From Cenarchaeum sp. (GTDB lineage Archaea; Thermoproteota; Nitrososphaeria; Nitrososphaerales; Nitrosopumilaceae): DNA of 64,000 nt. Under the pieces are notes generated by a model that searched no databases, had not been told where the DNA came from, and worked only from the letters and a program-made list of their open reading frames with translations. The position numbers were made by a program, and so were the translations under genes. The stretch is from NCBI GenBank assembly GCA_965212015.1, contig OZ243037.1:1376001-1440000 (forward strand). Direction: 5' to 3'. Below are positions 19,057-28,767 of this stretch, piece after piece (within the stretch, counting starts at the first letter, position 1; the number at the start of each line of letters is the position of its first letter).

Positions 19057-19124
19057 AATAATTCATCATTATCATTAAAAAAACCAAAGCACGTTTTTAT
19101 TTATCCTAAAGGTGGATCATCTGT

Positions 19125-19286
19125 ATGTCCGTGGATGTCACGTGTGGTAAGTGCGGTGAAAAGATTACCACGATGAAAATGCTAAAGCCACTCAAGGACG
19201 TGCTGAATCCATACAACGGAAAGTGTCCGTCGTGCGGGCAGGCGCTGTCGACATCCGAATTCTCGCTAGATGTCGACGAGAACTGA
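19125..19286 (+). CDS. small zinc-ribbon protein (53 aa)
   Basis: MSVDVTCGKCGEKI...GKCPSCGQAL...; TTTATTTA box upstream; below the track cutoff. Confidence 0.8.
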   Translation: MSVDVTCGKCGEKITTMKMLKPLKDVLNPYNGKCPSCGQALSTSEFSLDVDEN

Positions 19287-19350
19287 TCGTAATCTGCGAT
19301 AAACGTTCTAGTCACAAGTCTTATTTAGCTCTTTTTTTTACACATGGATC

Positions 19351-21441
19351 ATGGAGCTTAGCGAGGACATCGAGGAGCCAAAGAGGGACGGCATCCTGCA
19401 GTCCACGTCAAAGCGCGTGCGGATGATCTTTTCTGTAATGGCAAGCCCCAACAGGATTGACATACTCCGGATCCTCAACTCAAAGGGCCCGCTGACCTAT
19501 TCTGAGCTAAAGTCGCTGGCCGGATTCAAGTCAAAAAAGGAGAGCGGCAAGTTTGCCTATCACCTGAGAAAGCTGCTAAGGCAGTCCCTGGTGGCGCTAA
19601 ACAAGTCCGAGCGCCGCTATACCATAACCAACCTTGGAAAGCTGGTTCTGAGCCTCGCCCGGCAGATCGAGGAGCGGTCGATAATCGAGAGCGGCAAGAT
19701 GTACGTGAGGACGTCGCACGAGTCAATCGAAGAGTTCAACTCGCACAAGATAATCCAGTCCCTGGTAAGGGAGGGAAGCCTTCCCCTGGAGCTGGCCCAA
19801 AAGATCACAGAGGAGGTCGAAAACCGCATCTACAAGTACCAGACCACCTACCTGACCGGATCCCTGATACGGGAGATGGTCAATTCCGTCCTGCTCGAGC
19901 ACGGCCACGAGGAGTACCGCAACAAGCTCGTGCGGCTGGGACTGCCAGTATACGACGTCCTGGAGATGATGTCAAACGTGGACATTGTAAACAACGGGGC
20001 AGAGGGCATACTATCCAGGACCGGACAGGCGATATTCTCAGAAAACCTGCTCACAAACATGCTGCCAAAGGACGTGGCGGACTCTCACCTGTCAGGCGAC
20101 TTGCACATAACGAACCCGGGAATCTGGTCGCTATTGCCGGACATTTTGTTTGTCAACATCAAGGAGCTAATCGAGGACGGCCTTGATCTTGGCGGCAAGT
20201 TCCTTGACGTTTCCAGATTAAAGTCAGTAAAGACGCTTGACGACCTGTCAGTCGCCATATCGATGATAATGTCGCTCATCTCAAAGGAGGCCTCACAGGA
20301 GATAGTGTTCAGCGGAATTGCGCAGCTGTTATCCAAGCACTCAAAAAACATACCCGAGCTTGTAACAAAGGTTACCAACGCGTTCATATCTGCGTCGACT
20401 GCATCAAAGTACAACAAGGATCCCACGCTGATCTCATTCGTGCTGCAGATGGGCACGGATACAAAAACAAACAATGCGGTAATCGAGGCGTACAAGAACT
20501 ATGTAAGAATAACGCCGCTGCCCAGCATCGGCCTGGTAATTGATCACACAAAGACGAAAATCTCTGATGTCTCTGCTGAGCTTTCCGAGATAATTGCGCT
20601 GGGCGGAAGAATAATCATCGGCAAAAAGACAATGTCCAACCGCGCAATAATTCCCAGCACGACAAAGAGCTCCACGCTGTCGATAAACCTGCAGTCCATA
20701 TCGATAAACCTGCCAAGACTTGCATTCGAGTCAAACAAGGACGAGACATACTTTAGGGCAAGGCTTGCCCTGCTGATGAAGCCGGCGATATCGTCGATGG
20801 GGCTGAGAAAAAAAGAGATTGCCGATTTGACAAGGCGCGGACTCAATCCAATCCTTGCAAAAAACACGCAATACATGCAGCGCGGCTCGATCACACTTGT
20901 TCTGAATCTCACCGGGTTGCGCGAGGCAATCTTTAACATACTTGGCTATACCGAAAACAAGGCCGGCCGCGACGTGCTCTACAAGGTAGTCGAGACTGCA
21001 ATCGATGTCGCAAAAAAGAAGGGCAAGGAGATCGGCGACGACGTGAAAATCTGCATGACCGAAAGCGACGGCTCTACCAGGTTTGCAACCATGGACGGCG
21101 AAAAATACGGCAAGAACTCTGTACTGAAAACAATAGAGTCGGACTCTTATTCTGACGGGATGACACTAGATGCCGCAGACGTCGCCGGCCTTACGGCAAA
21201 AAGCGATCAGATTACAGAATGCAACAGGCTGGCCAAGACCCTCAACGGGGGCCTCTTGGTGAGCCTAAAGATAGGCAGGGAGCTTGGCGCAGGCGACATC
21301 AAAAAGGCCATAGAAAAGACCGCCGATCTCGTAGGATCCTTCAGGCCGGTCCAGCAGGTTCCGATCTGCGGCGGATGCGGCTTTAAGGACGAGACGCTCT
21401 CTGAAAAGTGCCCAAGGTGCAAATCCCCGTATATCATCTGA
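19351..21441 (+). CDS. ArsR-type wHTH + ATP-cone + degenerate class III RNR (NrdD-like) fusion
   Basis: wHTH (NRIDILRIL...FAYHLRKL), ATP cone (YVRTS...EEFNSHKIIQSL), NrdD motifs HLSGDLHI, SINLPRLA, TGLREA, RFATMDGEKYG and a terminal CxxC/CxxC; no glycyl-radical loop. Confidence 0.85.
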   Translation: MELSEDIEEPKRDGILQSTSKRVRMIFSVMASPNRIDILRILNSKGPLTYSELKSLAGFKSKKESGKFAYHLRKLLRQSLVALNKSERRYTITNLGKLVLSLARQIEERSIIESGKMYVRTSHESIEEFNSHKIIQSLVREGSLPLELAQKITEEVENRIYKYQTTYLTGSLIREMVNSVLLEHGHEEYRNKLVRLGLPVYDVLEMMSNVDIVNNGAEGILSRTGQAIFSENLLTNMLPKDVADSHLSGDLHITNPGIWSLLPDILFVNIKELIEDGLDLGGKFLDVSRLKSVKTLDDLSVAISMIMSLISKEASQEIVFSGIAQLLSKHSKNIPELVTKVTNAFISASTASKYNKDPTLISFVLQMGTDTKTNNAVIEAYKNYVRITPLPSIGLVIDHTKTKISDVSAELSEIIALGGRIIIGKKTMSNRAIIPSTTKSSTLSINLQSISINLPRLAFESNKDETYFRARLALLMKPAISSMGLRKKEIADLTRRGLNPILAKNTQYMQRGSITLVLNLTGLREAIFNILGYTENKAGRDVLYKVVETAIDVAKKKGKEIGDDVKICMTESDGSTRFATMDGEKYGKNSVLKTIESDSYSDGMTLDAADVAGLTAKSDQITECNRLAKTLNGGLLVSLKIGRELGAGDIKKAIEKTADLVGSFRPVQQVPICGGCGFKDETLSEKCPRCKSPYII

Positions 21442-21635
21442 AATTCGAAAATTTTGAGCTGTTTTCGATGCGGCCACCACCGTCGGCGTGACTTTATTCA
21501 GATCTACCGGGACGGATCAATCCACCGGTATGACGTTCATAATAGCGGTGTCAATATTTTTGAACCCCGACGGACAGATTTTTTGTAGAATCATTTATAC
21601 GCATATTCATTTTACTAATTTTGAGGACATTATAA

Positions 21636-24284
21636 TTGGACAATTCCACCATAGAATCGACTATCGGCGAGATCAGAAAGCGAAACGGCAAGGTAGACAG
21701 CTTTAACATCGACAAGATCTCAAATGCCATATTCAAGGCCCTGTCTGCCACCTCCAAGGCAGATCGCGATCTGGCAGAAAACCTTGCAAGGGGCGTGGCC
21801 ACAAAGCTCATGGAGCAGGGGTTTTCGGCCTCAAGGCAGCCCAGCGTGGAGAACATTCAGGACATGGTCGAGATTACCCTGATTGAAAACGGCCACGGCG
21901 AGATTGCAAAGGCGTACATTCTGTACCGAAACGAGCGCAGCATGGTCCGCGACGAAAAGATGAGGGTCCTCAACTCCCAGAGCCTGGATCCGGTCGCAAA
22001 GTTCTTTGATCTCAACTGCCTGCGCGTTTTGGCATCCAGATACCTTCTCAGGAACAACAAAAACGAGATCACAGAGAGCCCCAGCCAGATGTTTGAGCGC
22101 GTGGCGATCCTGATCGGCATCGGGGATCTGCTGTATGACGGCGAGATATTCGACAGGGACGGCCGCTCAAAGCAGGACGAGGAAGTGGCCAAAAAATACC
22201 TTGAAAAACTCGACAGTTTTGACTACAAATTCAAGATAGGCGACTATTACCTGAACAAGTACCACCTCAGATCCCTTGTCAACCATTATGTCGCCCTGGC
22301 AGACAAGGGGCAGATAAAAATCGGCTTTAAGGACCTGCTGACAAAGATAGCCGGAAAACAGTTCAACAGGTATGCAGATAAAATCAAGGAGTATTACGAG
22401 TTAATGACATCACAGGACTTTCTTCCAAACTCGCCCACAATGATGAACGCAGGCGGAAGGCTGGGACAGCTGTCTGCGTGCTTTGTGCTTGACATGCCAG
22501 ATGACATGGAGGCAATCATGAAGTCGACGTCAGACGCCGCGCTGATCTTCAAGTCCGGCGGCGGCGTGGGAATAAACTATTCAGACCTGCGCCAAGAGGG
22601 CGACATTGTCGCCTCCACGTCCGGCGTGGCATCCGGCCCCGTCTCGTTTATGAACATTATCAATACCGTGACTGAGGTCGTAAAACAGGGCGGCAAAAGG
22701 AGGGGCGCCAACATGGGAATCATCGAGGCGTGGCATCCCGACGTGGAAAAATTCATCACAAACAAGACGGAATCCGGCGTGCTGGAAAACTTTAACGTCA
22801 GCGTCGGAATCTGGGAGGATTTCTGGAACTCGCTTGTCAACTCTAAAGACGGCAAATACATGCTCAGAAGCACGCGCGAGCGCACTCCCGTGCGCGAAAT
22901 CAATGCGCACCAGCTAATCGACCTCATTGCGCTGTCCGCGTGGAAGAGCGCAGAGCCGGGGCTCATATTCTTTGATCAGATAAACAAGTACAACGTTTTT
23001 GCAAAGGCAAGAGGCGGGCCGCTGCGCGCGACGAACCCGTGCGGGGAGCAGAGCCTGTACCCGTACGAGTCGTGCAACCTGGGATCAATCAATCTTGCCA
23101 ACCTTGTAAAGCGAAAGGCAGACGGCGAGTACGAGTTTGACTGGCAGAGATACGAGGAGACGATTAGAAAGACCACCAGGTTCCTTGACAGCGTAATTGA
23201 CGTGAATCTCTATCCGGTAAAAGAGATAAACACCGCCTCCAAGGATTCCAGGAGAATCGGACTGGGGGTCATGGGCGTGGCGGATCTATTATACAAGCTG
23301 AGAATTCCGTACAACTCCAAGGAGGGCTATGAGCTACAGTCCAAGCTTGCCGAGGCCCTTACCTACTATTCCATGGAGGAGAGCGTGGCCCTGGCAAAGT
23401 CTCGGGGCGAGTTTCCGCTGTGCTCAAAGACAGAGTATCCGGAGGGCAGGATTCCCGTCGCGGGATACTATGAAAGGCCAAAGGACGAGCACACGTACGA
23501 CTGGGACGCACTCATTGACAAGATAAAAATACACGGAATCCGGAACGTCCTGACGACCACGGTGGCCCCCACGGGAACACTCTCGATGCTTGCCGACTGT
23601 TCCAACGGCATGGAGCCCACGTTTGCGCTGGTCTTTGAAAAGCGCGTAACTGTCGGGCGGTTCTTTTACACCAACAAGATAATAGAGCAGGTACTGCGCG
23701 ACAACGGGCTGTACGACAAAAAGATACTCGAAACGATTGCAGACAATTACGGATCCCTCCGGGGCCTTGAGGAGATTCCCGAATGGATGCAGAACATCTT
23801 TGTGACGGCGATGGACATACACTGGTCTGACCACCTCATGGCGCAGGCCGTATGGCAGGAATGGATCGGCAATGCTATAGCAAAGACAATCAACATGCCG
23901 TATGACGTCTCTGCTGACGACGTAAAGGCGGCATACCTGCTGGCCCACGAGATGGGCCTCAAGGGAATCACGGTATACCGCGACGGCTCGAGGCACAAGC
24001 AGGTGCTGCACATGACCAGTGAGAATGCAGAAAAGTCCTTTGACGTCGTGCCAAGCGACTATCTTGTACAATACGTAGAGGGGAACATACACAACACGTA
24101 CATAAAGTCCCAGGTTGACGCGGCGCTGAGCTTCAAGGCGTCTGACAAGCCGCAGATGGAGCAGAACATCTCTGAGGAGGAGACAGAAAAAACACTGTGT
24201 CCCAACTGCAAAAACAAGCTGGTCTTTGTGGAGGGGTGCAGCATATGCATAGACTGCGGCTTTAGCGGATGCACGTCCGGATAG
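21636..24284 (+). CDS. nrdJ: adenosylcobalamin-dependent (class II) ribonucleotide reductase with ATP cone
   Basis: PNSPTMMN, SACFV, TNPCGEQ, CNLGS, APTGT, KGITVYRDGSR, C-terminal Zn ribbon. Confidence 0.95.
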   Translation: MDNSTIESTIGEIRKRNGKVDSFNIDKISNAIFKALSATSKADRDLAENLARGVATKLMEQGFSASRQPSVENIQDMVEITLIENGHGEIAKAYILYRNERSMVRDEKMRVLNSQSLDPVAKFFDLNCLRVLASRYLLRNNKNEITESPSQMFERVAILIGIGDLLYDGEIFDRDGRSKQDEEVAKKYLEKLDSFDYKFKIGDYYLNKYHLRSLVNHYVALADKGQIKIGFKDLLTKIAGKQFNRYADKIKEYYELMTSQDFLPNSPTMMNAGGRLGQLSACFVLDMPDDMEAIMKSTSDAALIFKSGGGVGINYSDLRQEGDIVASTSGVASGPVSFMNIINTVTEVVKQGGKRRGANMGIIEAWHPDVEKFITNKTESGVLENFNVSVGIWEDFWNSLVNSKDGKYMLRSTRERTPVREINAHQLIDLIALSAWKSAEPGLIFFDQINKYNVFAKARGGPLRATNPCGEQSLYPYESCNLGSINLANLVKRKADGEYEFDWQRYEETIRKTTRFLDSVIDVNLYPVKEINTASKDSRRIGLGVMGVADLLYKLRIPYNSKEGYELQSKLAEALTYYSMEESVALAKSRGEFPLCSKTEYPEGRIPVAGYYERPKDEHTYDWDALIDKIKIHGIRNVLTTTVAPTGTLSMLADCSNGMEPTFALVFEKRVTVGRFFYTNKIIEQVLRDNGLYDKKILETIADNYGSLRGLEEIPEWMQNIFVTAMDIHWSDHLMAQAVWQEWIGNAIAKTINMPYDVSADDVKAAYLLAHEMGLKGITVYRDGSRHKQVLHMTSENAEKSFDVVPSDYLVQYVEGNIHNTYIKSQVDAALSFKASDKPQMEQNISEEETEKTLCPNCKNKLVFVEGCSICIDCGFSGCTSG

Positions 24285-24679
24285 GAACCGTCATTCCAGG
24301 ACACTAAAAAAACAAAATCCCCCTTCTGCCGCGGGGGCAGTTGTACGTTGACTCGTTTATGTGAGCTTTTGGACGCCCGGCTAGCGCCGCGAGATGTCTC
24401 TGACTCTTTTTCCCTGTCGGGGCCCATTTGATAAAAAAATTGGGGTCAAAAAAGTTAGTTTTTTGGCAAACTTTGGGCACACCAGACATTGAAACCGGCC
24501 CCCATCAGGCGCGTCGGATGCCCGTTTGAAAAGCTTTTTTTGTGGGGCCTGCCGCAAAAGGGCGATTGGTTTGCACGCCAACAAAACCGGGGGGTTCATC
24601 TACGGATGGCTCTCCCGGGAAACTCGTTTTTGGAGCGTGACTTGGTTTATTACCAAAGGGGGACAGCACAAGCCAAAGC

Positions 24680-25276
24680 TTGAGGGTAAAATGCGATTCA
24701 AACGGGATCAGCCAGGCGGTAAATGCCGTCCGCGCAGGCAAGGTCATCATCTTTCCGACGGACACAGTCTACGGGATGGGTTGCGATCCCTTTGATGCGG
24801 ACGCAGTAAGGGCGGTTTACGGCCTCAAGCGGCGCCGGGCCTGCAAGCCGCTTCCGGTACTGGGATACTCTGGAGACGATCTTTCTGTTATAGCCGAGCT
24901 GGGGGAAATGCACGAAAAAATCACCTCGAGATTCTGGCCGGGCCCGCTTACCGTCGTCACCGGGGTAAGGGACGAAAGGATAAGGCAGTCACTCGGGCTG
25001 GCAGACAAAATCGCAGTAAGGGTGCCCCGGGGCCGATGCGTGCGCGAAATACTCAAAGAGTGCCGGCTCTTGGTGGGGACCAGCGCAAACGTATCGGGGG
25101 AAAAGCCGTTTGTTGATCCGCAAGAGTGCCTCCAAGCGTTCGGGCAGGTTCCGGTATTTGTGGACGGGGGGGCAATAGCCGGCGGGGTGGAATCCACCAT
25201 AGTGGAGCTGGACTGCGACGGGGTAAGGATTCTGCGCAAGGGCGGGATTGCCGGGGAGCTGCTCGGGACGCCTTGA
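24680..25276 (+). CDS. L-threonylcarbamoyladenylate synthase (Sua5/YrdC/TsaC)
   Basis: FPTDTVYG, KRR...KPL, FWPGPLT, TSANVSG. Confidence 0.93.
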   Translation: MRVKCDSNGISQAVNAVRAGKVIIFPTDTVYGMGCDPFDADAVRAVYGLKRRRACKPLPVLGYSGDDLSVIAELGEMHEKITSRFWPGPLTVVTGVRDERIRQSLGLADKIAVRVPRGRCVREILKECRLLVGTSANVSGEKPFVDPQECLQAFGQVPVFVDGGAIAGGVESTIVELDCDGVRILRKGGIAGELLGTP

Positions 25277-25791
25277 ATCTGATCGTTACGTGCCCCAGGC
25301 ACTTTGAGGAGGATGCGGCAGACGAGATCTCCGGCATACTAGACGGCATGGGCGCAGACCTGACCGTTCAAAAGAGCCGCTTTTCTGGAATCCTGATGGT
25401 TGATGCAAAAATCAGCCCTGCCGCCGTCTCGCGGCACATCCGGGAGCGCATACACGACGAACCGTGGTCTGTCAGGTACATACTCAGGACGATACCGGTG
25501 CAAAAATGGATTGCAACTGACATGGAGCAGATTGTAGCCGAGTCGCAAATACTCGCCGGGACAATACGGGCGGATGAAAAGTACAGGGTTACGGTGGAAA
25601 AAAGGGACTCTGAAATATCCTCGCGCGACATAATCTCCAGAATCGCCGACCTGATGGAAAATGAGGTCTCGTTGGAGGCGCCTGACAGGATAATACTCGT
25701 CGAGATACTCGGGGATCATACCGGGCTGTCGGTGATAAGTGCCGATGACATACTCAGCGTCGAAAGGGAAAAGCGCAGAATCTCAGAATAA
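25273..25791 (+). CDS. THUMP-domain RNA-binding protein
   Basis: TTG start overlapping the upstream stop; NLIVTC...YRVTVEKR...VSLEAPDRIILVEI. Confidence 0.9.
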   Translation: MNLIVTCPRHFEEDAADEISGILDGMGADLTVQKSRFSGILMVDAKISPAAVSRHIRERIHDEPWSVRYILRTIPVQKWIATDMEQIVAESQILAGTIRADEKYRVTVEKRDSEISSRDIISRIADLMENEVSLEAPDRIILVEILGDHTGLSVISADDILSVEREKRRISE

Positions 25792-26550
25792 TACTGCGGC
25801 GCGCTCTACTAGAATGTCCTCCAGCGGCACCCTTGACTCGACTGCCCGGATGTGCGTTTTGGTTATGCCGAATTCCTTCATCAAAAACCCCTCGTTTTTT
25901 TTGGGCGGACTGGCATCAAGCTGGGGCCGCAGCGTGTGGTGCATCCTGTCAAGCATGGCGCCCGGCCCCACTGCCACGAGCAAAAACCTGTCCTTTTTGG
26001 CAATGCCTACCTTGGAGATTGCATACGAGATCTGATTCGTTCCGGCAAACCTCATTAGCATGTCCGTCTCTAGCTTTTTGGACAGCATGATGCCGTGTTT
26101 TTGCGCATACAGGGAGATTAGCAGTATCCTTTGCACGTGGGATCTGCCCATTACATAGTCTGCCGATATTGCCTGTATGGCCAGCCGGGGAAACTCTTTG
26201 CGGAGACAGTCCAGAAACTGCACGTTCGAGTCCCCGTCGCGCCTGACAGAAAAGATCTCGGCGTTTTTGCCCGCCTTGAGCCGCACCCTTGGCGAGCCGC
26301 CGTGGATGACGGGGATTATCGACACCGTGTCCCCGGAGCGTATCGGCGCAGACTTTCCGCCCGTTATGGCAGAATCGGCGCCGTTAATTGCAACTATTGT
26401 GTTGGCCGCGTCAAACTCCATTGTTTCATCGGGTTTTTTTGCAAGCAGATAGTCTAGCAGCTCCTGCACCGTGAGCTCGTCCTTTTCAACCGGCATGGAA
26501 TCGGCGCGGAACGATTTTTTGGCGCCGCCAAGAAACTTTACCGTTATCAA
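25783..26550 (-). CDS. MoaD/ThiS ubiquitin-like domain fused to a Cgi121-like (KEOPS) domain
   Basis: ITVKFLGG...VAING...GDTVSIIPVIHGG, then LETDMLMRFAGTNQISYAISKVG...LVERAAVL; start uncertain (26550 or 26565). Confidence 0.85.
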   Translation of the reverse strand: MITVKFLGGAKKSFRADSMPVEKDELTVQELLDYLLAKKPDETMEFDAANTIVAINGADSAITGGKSAPIRSGDTVSIIPVIHGGSPRVRLKAGKNAEIFSVRRDGDSNVQFLDCLRKEFPRLAIQAISADYVMGRSHVQRILLISLYAQKHGIMLSKKLETDMLMRFAGTNQISYAISKVGIAKKDRFLLVAVGPGAMLDRMHHTLRPQLDASPPKKNEGFLMKEFGITKTHIRAVESRVPLEDILVERAAVLF

Positions 26551-26574
26551 TTCAAAATCCCGCATCCGTGCAGG

Positions 26575-27042
26575 TCAGTTCTTTGGCTCTGCTGCCGTCT
26601 CTGTTGTAGGTTCGACTGTGGCCGGCTCTACCGTCTCTGTTGTAAGTTCGACTGTGGCCGGCTCTGCCGTCTCTGTTGTAGGTTCAACCGTCTTTGCAAT
26701 AGGTTCGCCTGTATCAGTCTCTGCTGCCGGCTCTATCGTATCCGTCTTTGCAATAGGTTCGCCTGTGGCCGTCTCTGTTGTAGGTTCGCCTGTCTCTGCG
26801 TCCTTTGCCTGGCTCTCTGAGACCTGCTCGTCGAACTCTTTTTCACGCTCTTCTTTTTCTTTTTGCTGGCGTATCTCGCGCTTTATGAACTTTGTAATAA
26901 ATCCCGCAATCTCATTTTTTAATTCCTTGGAGCGTATGATTGAAACATCATCCAGAGCTTTTTTGTTGTCCACAAAATCCACGCCAAAAGACGACTTGTA
27001 GCTATTCATTACCTCCATTGAAAGTATCTTGACTCTGTCCAC
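26575..27042 (-). CDS. rps17e: 30S ribosomal protein S17e with long acidic repeat tail
   Basis: FGVDFVDNKKAL...SKELKNEIAGFITK; GTG start at 27042. Confidence 0.88.
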   Translation of the reverse strand: MDRVKILSMEVMNSYKSSFGVDFVDNKKALDDVSIIRSKELKNEIAGFITKFIKREIRQQKEKEEREKEFDEQVSESQAKDAETGEPTTETATGEPIAKTDTIEPAAETDTGEPIAKTVEPTTETAEPATVELTTETVEPATVEPTTETAAEPKN

Positions 27043-27073
27043 TCCGGTCGTTACGGGAGGGGGTTTTTTATAC

Positions 27074-27829
27074 CTATATGCCAAGAAAGCGCCTCGAGTT
27101 CTCCTCCAAGAGGGCGCACGTTTCGTCATACGACTTTTGGAGCACCTTGGATGCGCAAAAGACGACGCTTGGAATAAAACCGACCTGGGCCGTCCTGAGG
27201 CCAAAGCACCCGGCGAATCTTACCGGCCCGTCAGTCTCGACGAGAATCCTGTCGCCGGCGGTGCGCGAAAGAAGGCTCTGCTTGTCATTGGCATACACCG
27301 TGACGGGGCCGTACGAGACAAACAGGCCCATCTCCATTGCCCTTTTTAGCTGTTTTTTGTTGCCGTCAAACCAGTGCAGGCACGCGCCGTCCAGGGAAAA
27401 CGACGACAGTACTGCAAGCACCTCGTCCAGGCTTTTTCTGGAATGGATTGATACCGGCTTGCCGTGCTTTTCTGCCAGGGACAACAGTCCCTCAAAGACG
27501 CGCCTCTGCTCCTGCGAGTCCGCATCGGTTTTGCAGTACGTGGGATCCAGCCCTATTTCGCCGATTCCGGCAATCGATGCGGCGTTTTGCCCGATAATGC
27601 CGGCAACTGCGTCAAGACCTTCTGACGCCTTTTCCGGATGAACCCCGACAAACGGCAGGACCAGGTCGCTTGTCCCGGCAAGCCGCAGCGTCCGCTCTGA
27701 GTCTTTTGCATCCATCGAGACGCAGCACGCCCGCGCGTTCATGCGCTTCATGTTTTGAAGGATCATCTCCAAATCGGGCAGATACTGCGGGTCAGTCAGG
27801 TGCACGTGGGTGTCGTATAGCCAGTACAT
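27074..27829 (-). CDS. tatD: TatD family hydrolase
   Basis: DTHVH, GVHP, GEIGLD, IHSR, ETDGP. Confidence 0.95.
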   Translation of the reverse strand: MYWLYDTHVHLTDPQYLPDLEMILQNMKRMNARACCVSMDAKDSERTLRLAGTSDLVLPFVGVHPEKASEGLDAVAGIIGQNAASIAGIGEIGLDPTYCKTDADSQEQRRVFEGLLSLAEKHGKPVSIHSRKSLDEVLAVLSSFSLDGACLHWFDGNKKQLKRAMEMGLFVSYGPVTVYANDKQSLLSRTAGDRILVETDGPVRFAGCFGLRTAQVGFIPSVVFCASKVLQKSYDETCALLEENSRRFLGI

Positions 27830-27931
27830 GCCGCTTGGTTGCGTGCCTCCTTAAAATAGTCTGCATAAATCAATCCCTTGGTGATATTTTTTCACTTAGA
27901 ATCTTTTATCCGTATTGGCAAAACACCGGCG

Positions 27932-28153
27932 ATGAAGTCATCTGAGCTGGGACTATCCACCATGTATCGAATCCTGAAAAAATCAGGCGCGCAAAGGGTC
28001 AGTGAGGCGTCTGCCGACGAACTGCGGCGCGTCGTAGAAGAGATTGCACTCGGAATAGCAAAAAACGCAGTCGCCATGTCCGTCCATGCTGGCAGAAAGA
28101 CGGTGCGGGCAGAAGACGTAAAGCTCGCCTCAAAATCGTTTACAAAATTCTGA
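27932..28153 (+). CDS. archaeal histone
   Basis: RILKKSGAQRVSEASA...HAGRKTVRAEDVKLA histone fold. Confidence 0.93.
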   Translation: MKSSELGLSTMYRILKKSGAQRVSEASADELRRVVEEIALGIAKNAVAMSVHAGRKTVRAEDVKLASKSFTKF

Positions 28154-28253
28154 TTCGCAGCCGGCAACGGCACGCCTTGCATGCGGGCGAGCAGGTTCCG
28201 ACTTGGCAGTTTCCATCTAAAGAGTTTAATTGTTTAGCGGTACAACCCACCCC

Positions 28254-28325
28254 GGTGAGGTGGCAGAACGGTCATGCGTGGGCCTGCAAAGCCCATATAC
28301 GGGGGTTCGACTCCCTCTCTCACCT
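28254..28325 (+). tRNA. tRNA-Cys(GCA)
   Basis: Acceptor stem GGTGAGG/TCTCACC, anticodon arm TGGGC-CTGCAAA-GCCCA, T loop TTCGACT; TTTAAT box upstream. Confidence 0.96.
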
Positions 28326-28346
28326 TGTAATGAATCCGTTCTAAAA

Positions 28347-28634
28347 CTAGATGGACAGGCCGAAATTGTCTGCAAACTTGCTAAACGTCTGGTATTCCTG
28401 CAAAAACTCCCTTCCGGAGGAGCTAATCTTGTACCTGCACGCGCCGCGCGAATCGACCTGTTCTAGCAGGCCCTGGGACACCAAGGTGCCCAGAATCCGC
28501 GAAATCCGCCCGTGCGATATGTTGGCCTTTCGTATCAGGTACGTGACGCTAGCACCGCTGTCGTCTTGCAGCTCGTCCCTGGTGGTAACTAGTATGTCGC
28601 CTATGATCTTCATGTGAGTCCTGTACTCGGCCAT
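28347..28634 (-). CDS. winged helix-turn-helix protein (thaumarchaeal type)
   Basis: YRTHMKIIGDIL...LIRKANISHGRI...YKISSSGREFL. Confidence 0.88.
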   Translation of the reverse strand: MAEYRTHMKIIGDILVTTRDELQDDSGASVTYLIRKANISHGRISRILGTLVSQGLLEQVDSRGACRYKISSSGREFLQEYQTFSKFADNFGLSI

Positions 28635-28767
28635 TCCACCATAAGATCGTGATTTTTAATATGATAGTTGTTAGATGCCCTCTCGTGGACTAAAGGGATA
28701 AAAGAATTTGACAAATATATTTGAGGCCGGTTTTGCGCGGTTTTTGGGCATGTGCCGCCCCGGCCAG

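Noticed and set aside
19351-21441. Functional anaerobic ribonucleotide reductase (nrdD)
   Set aside because: Glycyl-radical loop and catalytic cysteines are not present, and there is no activase nearby
24285-24679. 395-nt gap after nrdJ as an RNA gene or CDS
   Set aside because: Only short hairpins and homopolymer runs; no consistent ORF or motif could be supported
28326-28346. Integrated element at tRNA-Cys or tRNA-Leu
   Set aside because: No integrase and no duplicated tRNA 3' end seen in the window
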